From a virus (Duplodnaviria > Caudoviricetes): a stretch of 28,924 nucleotides of DNA. Numbering within the stretch: the first letter of the stretch is position 1; every line of letters begins with the position of its first letter. Shown piece by piece: positions 16,654 to 25,624 of this stretch. A model generated the notes under the pieces. It saw only the letters and a list, made by a program, of their open reading frames with translations. It did no database searches and was not told where the DNA came from. The stretch spans positions 1 through 28,924 of IMG/VR virus record IMGVR_UViG_3300017785_001263; one strand, given 5' to 3'. The translations under genes were made by a program, and so were the position numbers.

Positions 16654-17006
16654 TGCGTCTTTTCCTTGTACGCTATTATCTTCACTTGGTTTATAGGTGC
16701 TAGAGGTTCTTGAATTTTAGATTTATCGATGATTTCGATTAGCGCCCATTCGTCAAGAAGTAATGCGATTCTGTTCCTACGGGACATATCAGTCTCAGAA
16801 AAGTCGGCTGGTTTACCATCAAGCATAAACAGTTCTTTGAAGTGAACGATGTAATACCGTCCCTGCTTATGGAATATATGGCACGATTGATAAAGAGTGT
16901 TGTCTTTTTTGGAAGCGAGACCAATTCTGGAAAGTGTTTCTTTAACTTTGAGAAAATCTTCCGGAGATCTAAGTCGAACTTCGACCAGTTGGCTTAGATT
17001 GAACAT
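16614..17006 (-). CDS. regA: RegA translational repressor
   Basis: FLKVKETLSRIG, LYQSCHI.HKQGRYYIVHFKELF.LDG, RRNRIA.LL.EW. Confidence 0.97.
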   Translation of the reverse strand: MFNLSQLVEVRLRSPEDFLKVKETLSRIGLASKKDNTLYQSCHIFHKQGRYYIVHFKELFMLDGKPADFSETDMSRRNRIALLLDEWALIEIIDKSKIQEPLAPINQVKIIAYKEKTQWNLVTKYTIGNR

Positions 17007-17391
17007 TGAGACCGCCCTTTATTAGTTTTTGTTTTATAAGGTCGATATGTTCTTTTGTAAGGATACTACATGCTTCAAGAGCACGCTTGTAACTTATGTT
17101 GTAGTATTCCTGCACGCACTGAACATCAGGTTCTTCAATGGTTTTTGACCATTTAGAGAACCTTTTACCTTTTCTAATACTATTTATAAGATAATCATTT
17201 TGCAACTGTTTTTCAACGGTGTTGTTAACGTTCATCTCATTGGCATACAGAATAGTATCGATAAAGTAAGACAGTGCGCGGTTGACAAGGAATGGATTAT
17301 ACGACTTCTCCGCGAGCTCAGGATTTTCTGATTCGCGGATCATGTCTTTCTTAGACATGTTTATAGCATTGACGAAGTCAAAAGGACTCAT
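16969..17391 (-). CDS. 62: clamp loader small subunit gp62
   Basis: YNPFLVNRALS, ANEMN, KRFSKW; synteny 45-44-62-regA. Confidence 0.93.
   Translation of the reverse strand: MSPFDFVNAINMSKKDMIRESENPELAEKSYNPFLVNRALSYFIDTILYANEMNVNNTVEKQLQNDYLINSIRKGKRFSKWSKTIEEPDVQCVQEYYNISYKRALEACSILTKEHIDLIKQKLIKGGLNVQSKPTGRSST
17181..17188 (-). promoter_or_regulatory. T4-type late promoter (TATAAATA) inside gene 62, upstream of regA
   Basis: Exact TATAAATA on the minus strand. Confidence 0.5.
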
Positions 17392-18329
17392 GTGAACTCC
17401 ACTGACATCATGACTTCAGTTAGAAAGGCTGCCGTATTGATCTCATGATCGGCTACAAACGCAGCTTGATATTGATATTTGGCAATAGTAAGTACGAGTT
17501 CGGGGATCGACTTTGGACCAACTTTCTCATAGGCAGTATCATAGAATTTGCGGAAGAGTGTAGAAGAATCCATATCGGAGTTCTCACCAACCCACTTACG
17601 CATCTCGCCAAACTTTTTCTGCTTTAGAATGTTAATCAGATCAGAAAAAGCAGATTCGCTATAATTAGCAAAAATACCGGTGTCGATAGTTCCATTTACA
17701 GAATAGCGCTGTAGTTCGTTAAGGACGCGGCGCCAGTCGGGAAGGTAACGCTGAATGAGTTCGGCGATTACAGTCTTATCATACTTTACTCCATTTCCAT
17801 CGAGAATTGAAAGTACGCGTTTGAAGAATTGTGTTGCGAGTCGAGGAAGATCCGCTTTGGAAATTTTGAACTCGACCACGGAACAGCGAGAGTGAAGGGG
17901 TTCAATGATTCTGTTTTTAAAGTTACAGGTAAGTATGAACCCACAGTTCCTTGAATATTCTTCCATGAAATTACGTAGAGCCGGCTGTGTTGAGTTTGCA
18001 TTAAGGTAGTCGGCTTCGTCCAAGATGACGTATTTTCTTCCGCCAGTAAAAGATACTGAGGAAGCAAATTGCAGGATTTCGTTACGGAGTGTGTCGATGT
18101 TTCCATTCATACTACCATTAATTACAATATAATCGGCCCCGATCTGCTCGAGCATAGCCCGAGCGACCGTAGTTTTACCAACACCAGCGCCACCCGTCAA
18201 GAGTAGATTTGGGATTTCTTTATTCTCCACGAATTTCCGGAAGGTATTTTTCAATTCTTCCGGAAGCACGCAGTCTTCGATAGTCTTTGGTCGATATTTT
18301 TCTACCCAAAGAAACTCTTCCATGATCAC
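17388..18329 (-). CDS. 44: clamp loader large subunit gp44
   Basis: WVEKYRP, GGAGVGKTT, ILDEAD, HSRC. Confidence 0.97.
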   Translation of the reverse strand: MIMEEFLWVEKYRPKTIEDCVLPEELKNTFRKFVENKEIPNLLLTGGAGVGKTTVARAMLEQIGADYIVINGSMNGNIDTLRNEILQFASSVSFTGGRKYVILDEADYLNANSTQPALRNFMEEYSRNCGFILTCNFKNRIIEPLHSRCSVVEFKISKADLPRLATQFFKRVLSILDGNGVKYDKTVIAELIQRYLPDWRRVLNELQRYSVNGTIDTGIFANYSESAFSDLINILKQKKFGEMRKWVGENSDMDSSTLFRKFYDTAYEKVGPKSIPELVLTIAKYQYQAAFVADHEINTAAFLTEVMMSVEFT

Positions 18330-18988
18330 CCCTGATATTTGCTATTGGACTCAGTAGCTACATAATAACTAATTTTATCGGAAGTGTACAGGGCTAATCC
18401 TTGCGATGAGATCTTTACGTTGTAGTTTGCCGGAATAAGCTTAGTAATATTATCGGCTTTAAAGAACATATCGAAGTGCTTGTCAGTTTTACCAACATCG
18501 ATGCTAAAGGTATCGCCAGTTGAGTTCTTAGGGTTCAAAGCGTATACGCGAATAACCTTTTCGTCGCCTTGAACACTAATATCTGGAACTTGAAGAACGC
18601 CGGTAGCTCGTACGACTTTCTGAAGTTCTTCCTGAGTAATGTTGAAGTCGATCTCGGGTTCTGGGAACCCAATTTCTTTTTCAGGAGGAGCAACAATCAT
18701 AGTAGGCTCAGCGTAAGTGTAACTGAGTTGCTGATTACCAGACTTGATAAGCATAGACTTTTCTTCGAACTCAATTTCAGGATCATTGAAAAGCGATAGA
18801 ACACCGAGAAACTTCGTAAGTTCATAGATGGCGAACTCACGTGGGAATGTTTCTGTTACTATAGCTTTCGCAAAGATTGATTTGTGTTGCGAAATGGTAG
18901 ATAGTGTCGATCCTGGACGAACCAGGATCGACGGGTTAATAGTCGCGAAGTTTTTTAAGATCGCGATTGTATTGTCACTTAGTTTCAT
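18326..18988 (-). CDS. 45: sliding clamp gp45
   Basis: MKLS..TI.ILKNFA.IN, FAIYEL..FL; synteny. Confidence 0.95.
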   Translation of the reverse strand: MKLSDNTIAILKNFATINPSILVRPGSTLSTISQHKSIFAKAIVTETFPREFAIYELTKFLGVLSLFNDPEIEFEEKSMLIKSGNQQLSYTYAEPTMIVAPPEKEIGFPEPEIDFNITQEELQKVVRATGVLQVPDISVQGDEKVIRVYALNPKNSTGDTFSIDVGKTDKHFDMFFKADNITKLIPANYNVKISSQGLALYTSDKISYYVATESNSKYQG

Positions 18989-19004
18989 AATGTATAGTCT
19001 CCTG

Positions 19005-19871
19005 TTATTTCTTTACTTTTGAAGATGCGATTTGTGATGGATCGGCCGTAGCAGAAGCACCAATTGATGCTAGAGCTGAAAGCTTTCCGCCGAAGGTATA
19101 GAAACCTGCGTGTTGCAAGTGCATCCATGGGCACATCCAGACTTTCATCCCGGTTTTACGGGTATTCTGACAGAAGAGATAATCTTCAGACAGGTAGCGC
19201 TCAGACTCAGGATCAATTTCAGCTTGGAAATACATGCCAATCTTACGTGTGCCGTCAAACTCAGCTGTACGTACATGATCAGGTTTATACATGATAAGCG
19301 GGAACTTCCTTGCATATTCTTCAAAAGTTTCGCGCCGGATCATCATGAAACCCGTACCAATCTCAAGAACTTCAGCAGGTTCGTCTAGACGAATAGATTT
19401 TGAACCTTCACCGTTTTCCATGACCGGATTGAAAACAAAGTCACCAACAAAGTCTTCAAGAACAGATGGATTCTCGTCAGCCACACCTTTGTCAACGGCC
19501 ATCTTGATCTTTTCCCAAGTGATACACTTCTTAGGATAAGCACCACCGATGATGTCATAAGGAGACTCGTCGGTCTGAAGGGCCAATAGTGCAAGCACGT
19601 CTTGAGGATTAAATCCAATGTCTGAGTCAACAAACAAGAGATGAGTATAACCTGAACGCAGGAATTCGTCAACACAATAATTCCGTGCGCGAGTGATAAG
19701 CGATTCGTTAAACAGGAAATACGAACGCATTTCGATGCCGTACTTTAGACACAAAGCTGTCAAGTCACACATCGACCGAGCGTACAAACCATTACACTGC
19801 CCGCCATACATTGGAGTAGCTACGAATAGCTTTTTCTTCTGTAGTTCCTCGATTTTAATTTGGATTTCCAT
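19005..19871 (-). CDS. GT-A fold glycosyltransferase-like protein
   Basis: LFVATPMYGG, NESLITRARN, LLFVDSD (DxD), GTGFMMI, SEDY.FC. Confidence 0.8.
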   Translation of the reverse strand: MEIQIKIEELQKKKLFVATPMYGGQCNGLYARSMCDLTALCLKYGIEMRSYFLFNESLITRARNYCVDEFLRSGYTHLLFVDSDIGFNPQDVLALLALQTDESPYDIIGGAYPKKCITWEKIKMAVDKGVADENPSVLEDFVGDFVFNPVMENGEGSKSIRLDEPAEVLEIGTGFMMIRRETFEEYARKFPLIMYKPDHVRTAEFDGTRKIGMYFQAEIDPESERYLSEDYLFCQNTRKTGMKVWMCPWMHLQHAGFYTFGGKLSALASIGASATADPSQIASSKVKK

Positions 19872-19873
19872 TA

Positions 19874-20065
19874 TTACCACCTTTCATCGTCTATATAGAC
19901 ACAAATTTTAATCGGCCCTACTCTGAGTACCGCATCTAGTATTAGTCCAGGATCAGATTGGCTTTCAGTCACTTTATATGCGTAAATCTTCCACCACTTA
20001 AGAGGATTTAGATATAAAGTGACTATGACATCCGATTGTTTTATATATGATAAAAGCTTTTTCAC
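19874..20065 (-). CDS. hypothetical protein
   Basis: GTG start overlapping the upstream TGA, GAGG SD. Confidence 0.65.
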   Translation of the reverse strand: MKKLLSYIKQSDVIVTLYLNPLKWWKIYAYKVTESQSDPGLILDAVLRVGPIKICVYIDDERW

Positions 20066-20490
20066 TTATCATCCTCGTGTGTTGTATCGTGCACATAGAG
20101 CTGAATGATTGCATAATGAATTACTTTCATCAGATCTTTTCTCCAGTCGTCAGGATTACCTTTTCGACCATAGCGCTGAGCGTATTTTAAAACATTACCA
20201 ACGCAAAAACCAGAACCATGTCCGGAATCGATGATGAACTCAGTCGCTTGAAACTTAGTTCGCGAGTAGTGTTCACCGTACGTATTATTAATATAATCCG
20301 TAATTTCTGAAATGTACAGGGCTTCTTTATACTTATATTCTATATTAGAAGAAAGCTTCGAGTCCTGCTGTAGCTGATTTTGTGTAATTGAATTCGTTTG
20401 TTCTTGAGAAGTTATATTGGAATCCAAGTCTTGCGTCAACAAGCTCGCGCTTTCCTTCGAGATATTGTAGGACTTCAGTTGCCATGTCAT
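20062..20490 (-). CDS. DUF3310 / SaV-like protein (start uncertain; conserved part begins near 20343)
   Basis: HYS...QATEFI...GFCVGNVLKYAQRYGRKG...DLMKVIHYA. Confidence 0.75.
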   Translation of the reverse strand: MTWQLKSYNISKESASLLTQDLDSNITSQEQTNSITQNQLQQDSKLSSNIEYKYKEALYISEITDYINNTYGEHYSRTKFQATEFIIDSGHGSGFCVGNVLKYAQRYGRKGNPDDWRKDLMKVIHYAIIQLYVHDTTHEDDK

Positions 20491-21544
20491 GCGCGGTGCT
20501 CACTGGTACGTTTTGACAGATGTGGTTAACGCTCTTCTTTGGGTCGAGCAATTCGAAATCTTGGGGAAGACCCATAATAGTCATCGCTTCCCTATAAGTT
20601 ATATAGCGGTCTTCAATCGGGTGCGTCAGCATCATTGGATAGTGACCGACAAATGCACCGATGTAGTCTCGTGGAACAATGGTTCCTCGACGCATGATAT
20701 TTCCGCCTGCAGCTAATTTAGCTTTGCGTCCTTTACATCTGTCGACTTCTTTCGTATATCCATTATTACCCATCCATTTAGCTACTTCATCGTAATCAAT
20801 TCCCATTCTTTCTATATATGATAAAACATCTTGGCCACGAGCTTTTGCTGGTTCAACAGTTTTGCAGAATTCGCGGTGTGTAATTCCACCGTGAATATGC
20901 TCGAGGATAAACCGATAGTATGGATCGTCTTTCGATGGAGTTTTCGTATTGATAGGTTCCATCTGAAAGTTTGATGTTACGCCTAAAATCGTGTCTTCAA
21001 TTGTCGGGCGTTCACGTTTATAGAAGTTCAACACCGGAATTTTGTTACCTCTCCAAAAGAAGTAAAAAGCTCGTTCGCGAACTTGGGCTACACCATGAAG
21101 CAGCGACCTCGTACGGTATACTGACATACTATAACCATTATCTAAACCAATCTGATGAAGTTGGTTGCGAACGTTTTCACCGATTTTACCAGCAAATCCA
21201 GGAGCATTCTCGCCCCAAAACACTTCAGGTTTAAGCTCACCAAGAACGTAGTTTGCAGTCTCAGTCATCCATCTATTATTAGGGTTGTGATCTCCAAAGC
21301 CATGCGACAATTGGGATAAACCTGCGCAGGGACACACAGTACTGATGACATCGACTTTAGTCTTTGGAAAGTCTCCACGATCAATCAGGTGATATGGCAC
21401 TTCATTATTATAGTAATTAACGATGTGTCTATCATTAGCCTGAAAAGGTTCGTAAGAAGCTAACCACTCAGGGCGAGACCCAAACGCTTTCTCAGAGGCA
21501 AGAGTTTCACCCCCGATAAGTGGTACGATTGTAGCGTGTTTCAC
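20345..21544 (-). CDS. DNA (cytosine-5) methyltransferase-like protein with divergent motif I
   Basis: CPCAGLS (motif IV), GENAP (VI), QVRER (VIII), REA..IMGLP.DF (IX), QNVPV (X); motif I reads PLIGG. Confidence 0.85.
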   Translation of the reverse strand: MKHATIVPLIGGETLASEKAFGSRPEWLASYEPFQANDRHIVNYYNNEVPYHLIDRGDFPKTKVDVISTVCPCAGLSQLSHGFGDHNPNNRWMTETANYVLGELKPEVFWGENAPGFAGKIGENVRNQLHQIGLDNGYSMSVYRTRSLLHGVAQVRERAFYFFWRGNKIPVLNFYKRERPTIEDTILGVTSNFQMEPINTKTPSKDDPYYRFILEHIHGGITHREFCKTVEPAKARGQDVLSYIERMGIDYDEVAKWMGNNGYTKEVDRCKGRKAKLAAGGNIMRRGTIVPRDYIGAFVGHYPMMLTHPIEDRYITYREAMTIMGLPQDFELLDPKKSVNHICQNVPVSTAHDMATEVLQYLEGKRELVDARLGFQYNFSRTNEFNYTKSATAGLEAFF

Positions 21545-22773
21545 TTAACTTTTCCGATCATATTGAATATGCTGTCAAAGACTGCATCTGCATCTTGGTG
21601 TGATTTATAGAACTCGTATGCTTTCTCGCGATACTCGTTACGCATCCCGTTGTCTTTATTTAGCGCGGATATCAAGTCTGCAGATTGCTGCATGTTCTCA
21701 CTAGATAGCCAGATAGTACCACTATCTGCGCATTCTGTCAGGGGTATACCTAGTACTCGATGGGTACATGCATCACCATAACCTTGGTGAAATACTGGAA
21801 TTGTACCAGTAGCTACAACCTCACAGTGCGTGTACTCAATCGATTTTTCGATGAACCTAGGATCTAGAAGAGAGAGTTGATACCCGTATCCAGATTTAGA
21901 CATGCGTTCAAGGATTTCATGGTTTTTAAAGAATGAGAAAACTACTGGTTTGTTTCCGTACCAATCTGTAAAGTCAGTCTTGTCTGGACTAACATTGTTT
22001 AAGTAATGGAATGAATACTTTTGCTTGAGTTCAACATAAGCTAGTGATTTCTCAATACCTTCAAGAATCGTGAGTGCATTCATCTGGCGTAAGTGCTTCT
22101 CATGGAAGTCCATCATCAATCGTGGGCCCTTCCATAGAGCCATTCGACCAATCCACCTATGACACATTTTATCGATTTGTTCGATGGGTTTCCAGTACTT
22201 CTCGCGAACTTCATCGAAGTACATTCCAGGCTGGAAGTTTAAGATTTGCTTCTTTGGAGCATCTCCACCAAAGAATCCCATGATGCCGCCAGCTTCAGAC
22301 ATACTCTCTACTACACCAGCAAAATCACCAGTTGGAGAATGAGCAAACAAAACTTTAGATTTATCGATAGATTCTTTCAAACAATCGTTACGTATGATAG
22401 AGATCTTATTGTGATCGTGTTGAAATAACACCGATGGTGCGGATATCTTATTGAGAATTTTACGGAAGTTTTCAGCAACCTTAAGATCGTAATTCTGATT
22501 CTTCTTATGTGCGAAAGGTGGAAGCGAGTTAATGATCACTAGATCACATGAGTTGCAAGCGTCTGCTACACTATCGATATTAACATCTTCTGCAAATTTT
22601 ACGTACATGAGATTTGGCATGACGTGTGAGTTAACACGAGACCATGTTTTATCTTTAGAAGCAATCACTGTACATTCATGGCCGTTCTTCTTTAGATACT
22701 TTGTCATCTCAATAGTAAATTTTGAGACGCCGCATCCTTCAATGCCGCGCCCCATAAGGATAGCCACTTTCAT
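21541..22773 (-). CDS. agt: T4-type DNA alpha-glucosyltransferase
   Basis: N-terminus MGRGIEGCGVSKF...NGHE...KDK.W.R..SH, HDH, RWIGR...WKG and EYTHCEV...GTIPVF parallel T4 a-gt. Confidence 0.9.
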   Translation of the reverse strand: MKVAILMGRGIEGCGVSKFTIEMTKYLKKNGHECTVIASKDKTWSRVNSHVMPNLMYVKFAEDVNIDSVADACNSCDLVIINSLPPFAHKKNQNYDLKVAENFRKILNKISAPSVLFQHDHNKISIIRNDCLKESIDKSKVLFAHSPTGDFAGVVESMSEAGGIMGFFGGDAPKKQILNFQPGMYFDEVREKYWKPIEQIDKMCHRWIGRMALWKGPRLMMDFHEKHLRQMNALTILEGIEKSLAYVELKQKYSFHYLNNVSPDKTDFTDWYGNKPVVFSFFKNHEILERMSKSGYGYQLSLLDPRFIEKSIEYTHCEVVATGTIPVFHQGYGDACTHRVLGIPLTECADSGTIWLSSENMQQSADLISALNKDNGMRNEYREKAYEFYKSHQDADAVFDSIFNMIGKVK

Positions 22774-22839
22774 TTTATAATATACCTCTTTGGTGTCTGA
22801 TTACGCTCGTTAATTATATATGAAAGAAAAATAGTCATT

Positions 22840-23298
22840 TCACCGTAATTCGATGTTCTCGTAATACATATACTCAACGCCAGCTTCTTTCAGCATATTT
22901 TTAGTAGTTTCAAAAGAGTCTTTCCATTTGTTATCTACATAAGAAGGATAACACATGAATACGCGTTTAACACCGACCTGAATAACACCTTTAGCGCATT
23001 CAGAACAAAGAGGTAGTCCCCAGATATACAGGTCAGAACCAGCTAGACTTACGCCATTCAGTGTTGCATTGTATATACAATTCTGTTCAGCATGAACAAT
23101 ATACTTATACTTTTGCTCTCGATCATTAAGCCTAACGTCACTGTCATCAATTCCACGAGGAAAGCCATTATACCCTTGCGAAAGGATTTGGCCTCTAGCT
23201 CCTACTGCAACAGCACCTACTCGGGTGCTCGGATCTTTAGACCAAGTCGATACCTGCTTGGCTAGGTTAAAATAGTTTTGTGTCCAGTTATTTGACAA
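22840..23298 (-). CDS. cd: dCMP deaminase (probable TTG start, MSNNWTQNY)
   Basis: WSKDPST.VGAV, GYNGFPRG, HAEQN, PLCSECA. Confidence 0.92.
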   Translation of the reverse strand: MSNNWTQNYFNLAKQVSTWSKDPSTRVGAVAVGARGQILSQGYNGFPRGIDDSDVRLNDREQKYKYIVHAEQNCIYNATLNGVSLAGSDLYIWGLPLCSECAKGVIQVGVKRVFMCYPSYVDNKWKDSFETTKNMLKEAGVEYMYYENIELR

Positions 23299-23935
23299 GA
23301 TCAAAGTGCCTTTCGTATACGTGAAGTGATGCAACGTTCCAATAGATGTATCCTGACTTATACCCCAGGCTTTCACACATTAAGTCCAAAACATATTTCT
23401 GCCAGGCGTAATCATTCTTATACCCAAACACAACATCGTTTGATCGCATGTATACTAGAGCGTGAAGGCGGTTCTCGCGGATCATATATTGTACGGTGTT
23501 CGTGCACATGAAGTCGCTGCGACCAAATACATTATAATCATTCCACATATTCGGCCGAGTATAGATCATTGTAGCGCGTCGCGATTCAGGGTTCTTCTTA
23601 AGTTCTTTTACTACGTTATTATATTGTGAGGAATTTTCCTTCGACCAAATACACCAACCATAGTTTGAGTTGATATATCCACTTGGGTCTGCCACCTGTC
23701 GCCAGATAGCGGGAGGACCACCTGGAATATCGTTAACATTAAGAGACATCGACTCATACCATTCCAACTCTCGTTGAATGTAGTTTTTATCAATGGTGCC
23801 AAATATAGTCGGTTCATCTGCAATGAAACTGGCATTCATGATCTCAAGCATCTTAACGCCTGATTTATCATTAACAAACACGCCATCTTTTAAGTGCTGC
23901 TTAAAGAACAAACGAATTTGATTAAGTGTCATCAT
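23288..23935 (-). CDS. 42: dCMP hydroxymethylase (T4 gp42 homologue)
   Basis: Colinear with T4 gp42: ASFIADEP.IFG, YIQRELEWY, INSNYGW, SDFMCTNTVQY, MRSNDVVFG.KND.AWQ (cytosine-specifying Asp), SLHVY. Confidence 0.95.
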   Translation of the reverse strand: MMTLNQIRLFFKQHLKDGVFVNDKSGVKMLEIMNASFIADEPTIFGTIDKNYIQRELEWYESMSLNVNDIPGGPPAIWRQVADPSGYINSNYGWCIWSKENSSQYNNVVKELKKNPESRRATMIYTRPNMWNDYNVFGRSDFMCTNTVQYMIRENRLHALVYMRSNDVVFGYKNDYAWQKYVLDLMCESLGYKSGYIYWNVASLHVYERHFDLVK

Positions 23936-24318
23936 TTATTGCGATCCACGTCGTAGAAGAAAATGGACTTAGCATCTGGGTTAGCATCCTGGTTAGGCTC
24001 GTACTTATTATTAAAGATGTCACGCGCGGGATCTTGACCTTCGATTTTACCACGGAGCCAAGATACAGCGAAAGAAGCGTAGTTAATGAGATCTTTATAG
24101 GTATCTTCAAGAGACTCAAAGTTTGCTTGATCAGCTCGGCCAGACTCAAGAAGAGATTGAGCACGATACATTTTACCTTGCATAGTATCGTGGATCGTAT
24201 CTACCCCACGACGATAGTGCATGGCTTGAACTACGTTTGAGTTTGGATTTTGATAGTCTTGGGACTTCTTGAGTTGTAGGTCGATGCATTCTTGAAGTAC
24301 TTTTACTGATTCTTTCAC
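23932..24318 (-). CDS. nucleotide-modification-associated (Nmad/DUF1599-like) helical protein
   Basis: KKSQDY...ESLEDTYKDLINYA pattern; ATGA-coupled to gene 42. Confidence 0.7.
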   Translation of the reverse strand: MKESVKVLQECIDLQLKKSQDYQNPNSNVVQAMHYRRGVDTIHDTMQGKMYRAQSLLESGRADQANFESLEDTYKDLINYASFAVSWLRGKIEGQDPARDIFNNKYEPNQDANPDAKSIFFYDVDRNK

Positions 24319-24761
24319 GCTACTCTCCTGAGTTTGATCGAGTTCTCGTACAATACACGAGACCTGTCTTCTGATATATTACAAATTTTCAAACAGTTTG
24401 TCAATGGATAATTTCGGCACTTTACTCCATTATTCGTAGATACCATCGTATAAGAGTTCACATGATTTACTGACAAATAGAGTTCAGCCAAATCATTCTC
24501 AGTCTCAGGTACGCGTATGAAAAATAGAAGGGGAACTGAATCAACATTCTTCCACATAATCTTTGTATAGTTGTCGCTCATCCAAAATCCGCGTGTCGAT
24601 TTATTTAGCCGAAACGTTTTGACGGCGTACTTCATTTCATTGATGTAACCATCTTTCTCGGAGTCGTACTTATAGATACTTCGAGTAGAATCGAAAAATT
24701 CTTGAACGACAACTTCACCGATATCACCAATGATTTCGGCGTTAGTATTAGACATTGTCAT
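24315..24761 (-). CDS. hypothetical protein, possible PD-(D/E)xK-like fold (start at MTMSN)
   Basis: GDIGE..V...KDG......AVKT pattern; the ORF-track extension overlaps the upstream gene. Confidence 0.6.
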   Translation of the reverse strand: MTMSNTNAEIIGDIGEVVVQEFFDSTRSIYKYDSEKDGYINEMKYAVKTFRLNKSTRGFWMSDNYTKIMWKNVDSVPLLFFIRVPETENDLAELYLSVNHVNSYTMVSTNNGVKCRNYPLTNCLKICNISEDRSRVLYENSIKLRRVA

Positions 24762-25014
24762 AATGCTTCTTCCATGCTGAACCAACAGTACCAAGACCAA
24801 CGCCTGAGAGGTATACCTGATACATAATCCGAGATACTTCCACGGGTGTTCTTGCTTTATATAAGTCGTGTTTGATGCGATTAACTGAAGTTGCTTGATT
24901 GATAGACTTCTTGGGCATCTTTTCAACGAGACTATTAGCAGTTTCGCGAGATTGATGGATAGGCATTTTATCCAAACTTTGAAGGATCTCGACGTCAAAC
25001 AATTCTTTTTTCAC
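24748..25014 (-). CDS. hypothetical protein
   Basis: GTG start after cassette copy 4. Confidence 0.7.
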   Translation of the reverse strand: MKKELFDVEILQSLDKMPIHQSRETANSLVEKMPKKSINQATSVNRIKHDLYKARTPVEVSRIMYQVYLSGVGLGTVGSAWKKHYDNV

Positions 25015-25079
25015 GTGACTTCACTTTCTTTTTTCATATCTTACCTATAGATACTATAACATGAAGCGAGAAATGTCAA
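25015..25079 (-). promoter_or_regulatory. early promoter with degenerate conserved leader (cassette copy 4)
   Basis: TTGACA-N17-TAGTAT-CTATAGGTAAGATATGAAAAAAG. Confidence 0.8.
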
Positions 25080-25240
25080 CCAGAAAAATGCACACCAGCA
25101 ACTTTAAGACCAATCATTACAATATCGTGACCAGCGCGAAAAGCACCATAGATAGCAAAAATAATGACTACTATAGCAGTAAACGTAATAATAGGTTGAA
25201 CCTTTACTGCAAACATTTCGTCATTGTCATGATCACTCAT
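25076..25240 (-). CDS. small membrane protein (54 aa, MSDHDNDEMFAVKVQPIITFTAIVVIIFAIYG...)
   Basis: Manually read ORF, GGAG SD, one TM helix; its stop overlaps the next -35 box. Confidence 0.65.
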   Translation of the reverse strand: MSDHDNDEMFAVKVQPIITFTAIVVIIFAIYGAFRAGHDIVMIGLKVAGVHFSG

Positions 25241-25294
25241 TCCCCGCACTCCCCATGTTCTGTTTGTAAACCAATGCCGCCGCAGCCCCCGATT

Positions 25295-25624
25295 TTAGAA
25301 GTTATAGTCGTAAAATTTGCGGGGTTCACGGGCAATACGGTGTTTGCCATAGTATGACCAGAAGTAACCGTCAGCGCGCTTACGAGCTTTGATTACAGGA
25401 TTAGCTTCATTTGATTGGATGATCCACTTCTGGTCTTCTTGGTTAGCGCAGTTAGCAGTGAAACCACCTGCAACAAAATCCGGAACCCAAGTTGGGTCGC
25501 GCTCAGCGTCCATCTCACGAATGAGGATTTGCTTGCCGGACTTAGTCACAGACAAGATTTCAAAGGGTTTTACGTCGCTATAACCAATCTGGTTCGCGTA
25601 ACTAGTGGGAAGAGCATTAGCCAT
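25295..25624 (-). CDS. hypothetical early protein (start MANALPT)
   Basis: ATG after the cassette SD; YSD..PFE and YDYNF motifs typical of a phage family. Confidence 0.75.
   Translation of the reverse strand: MANALPTSYANQIGYSDVKPFEILSVTKSGKQILIREMDAERDPTWVPDFVAGGFTANCANQEDQKWIIQSNEANPVIKARKRADGYFWSYYGKHRIAREPRKFYDYNF

Noticed and set aside
23288-23935. Ordinary thymidylate synthase call
   Set aside because: The sequence follows T4 gp42 closely and has the Asp (KND) that specifies dCMP instead of the TS Asn
25241-25294. G-rich intergenic stretch as a G-quadruplex or terminator
   Set aside because: Only three runs of three or more G with long spacing, and no convincing stem with a U tract
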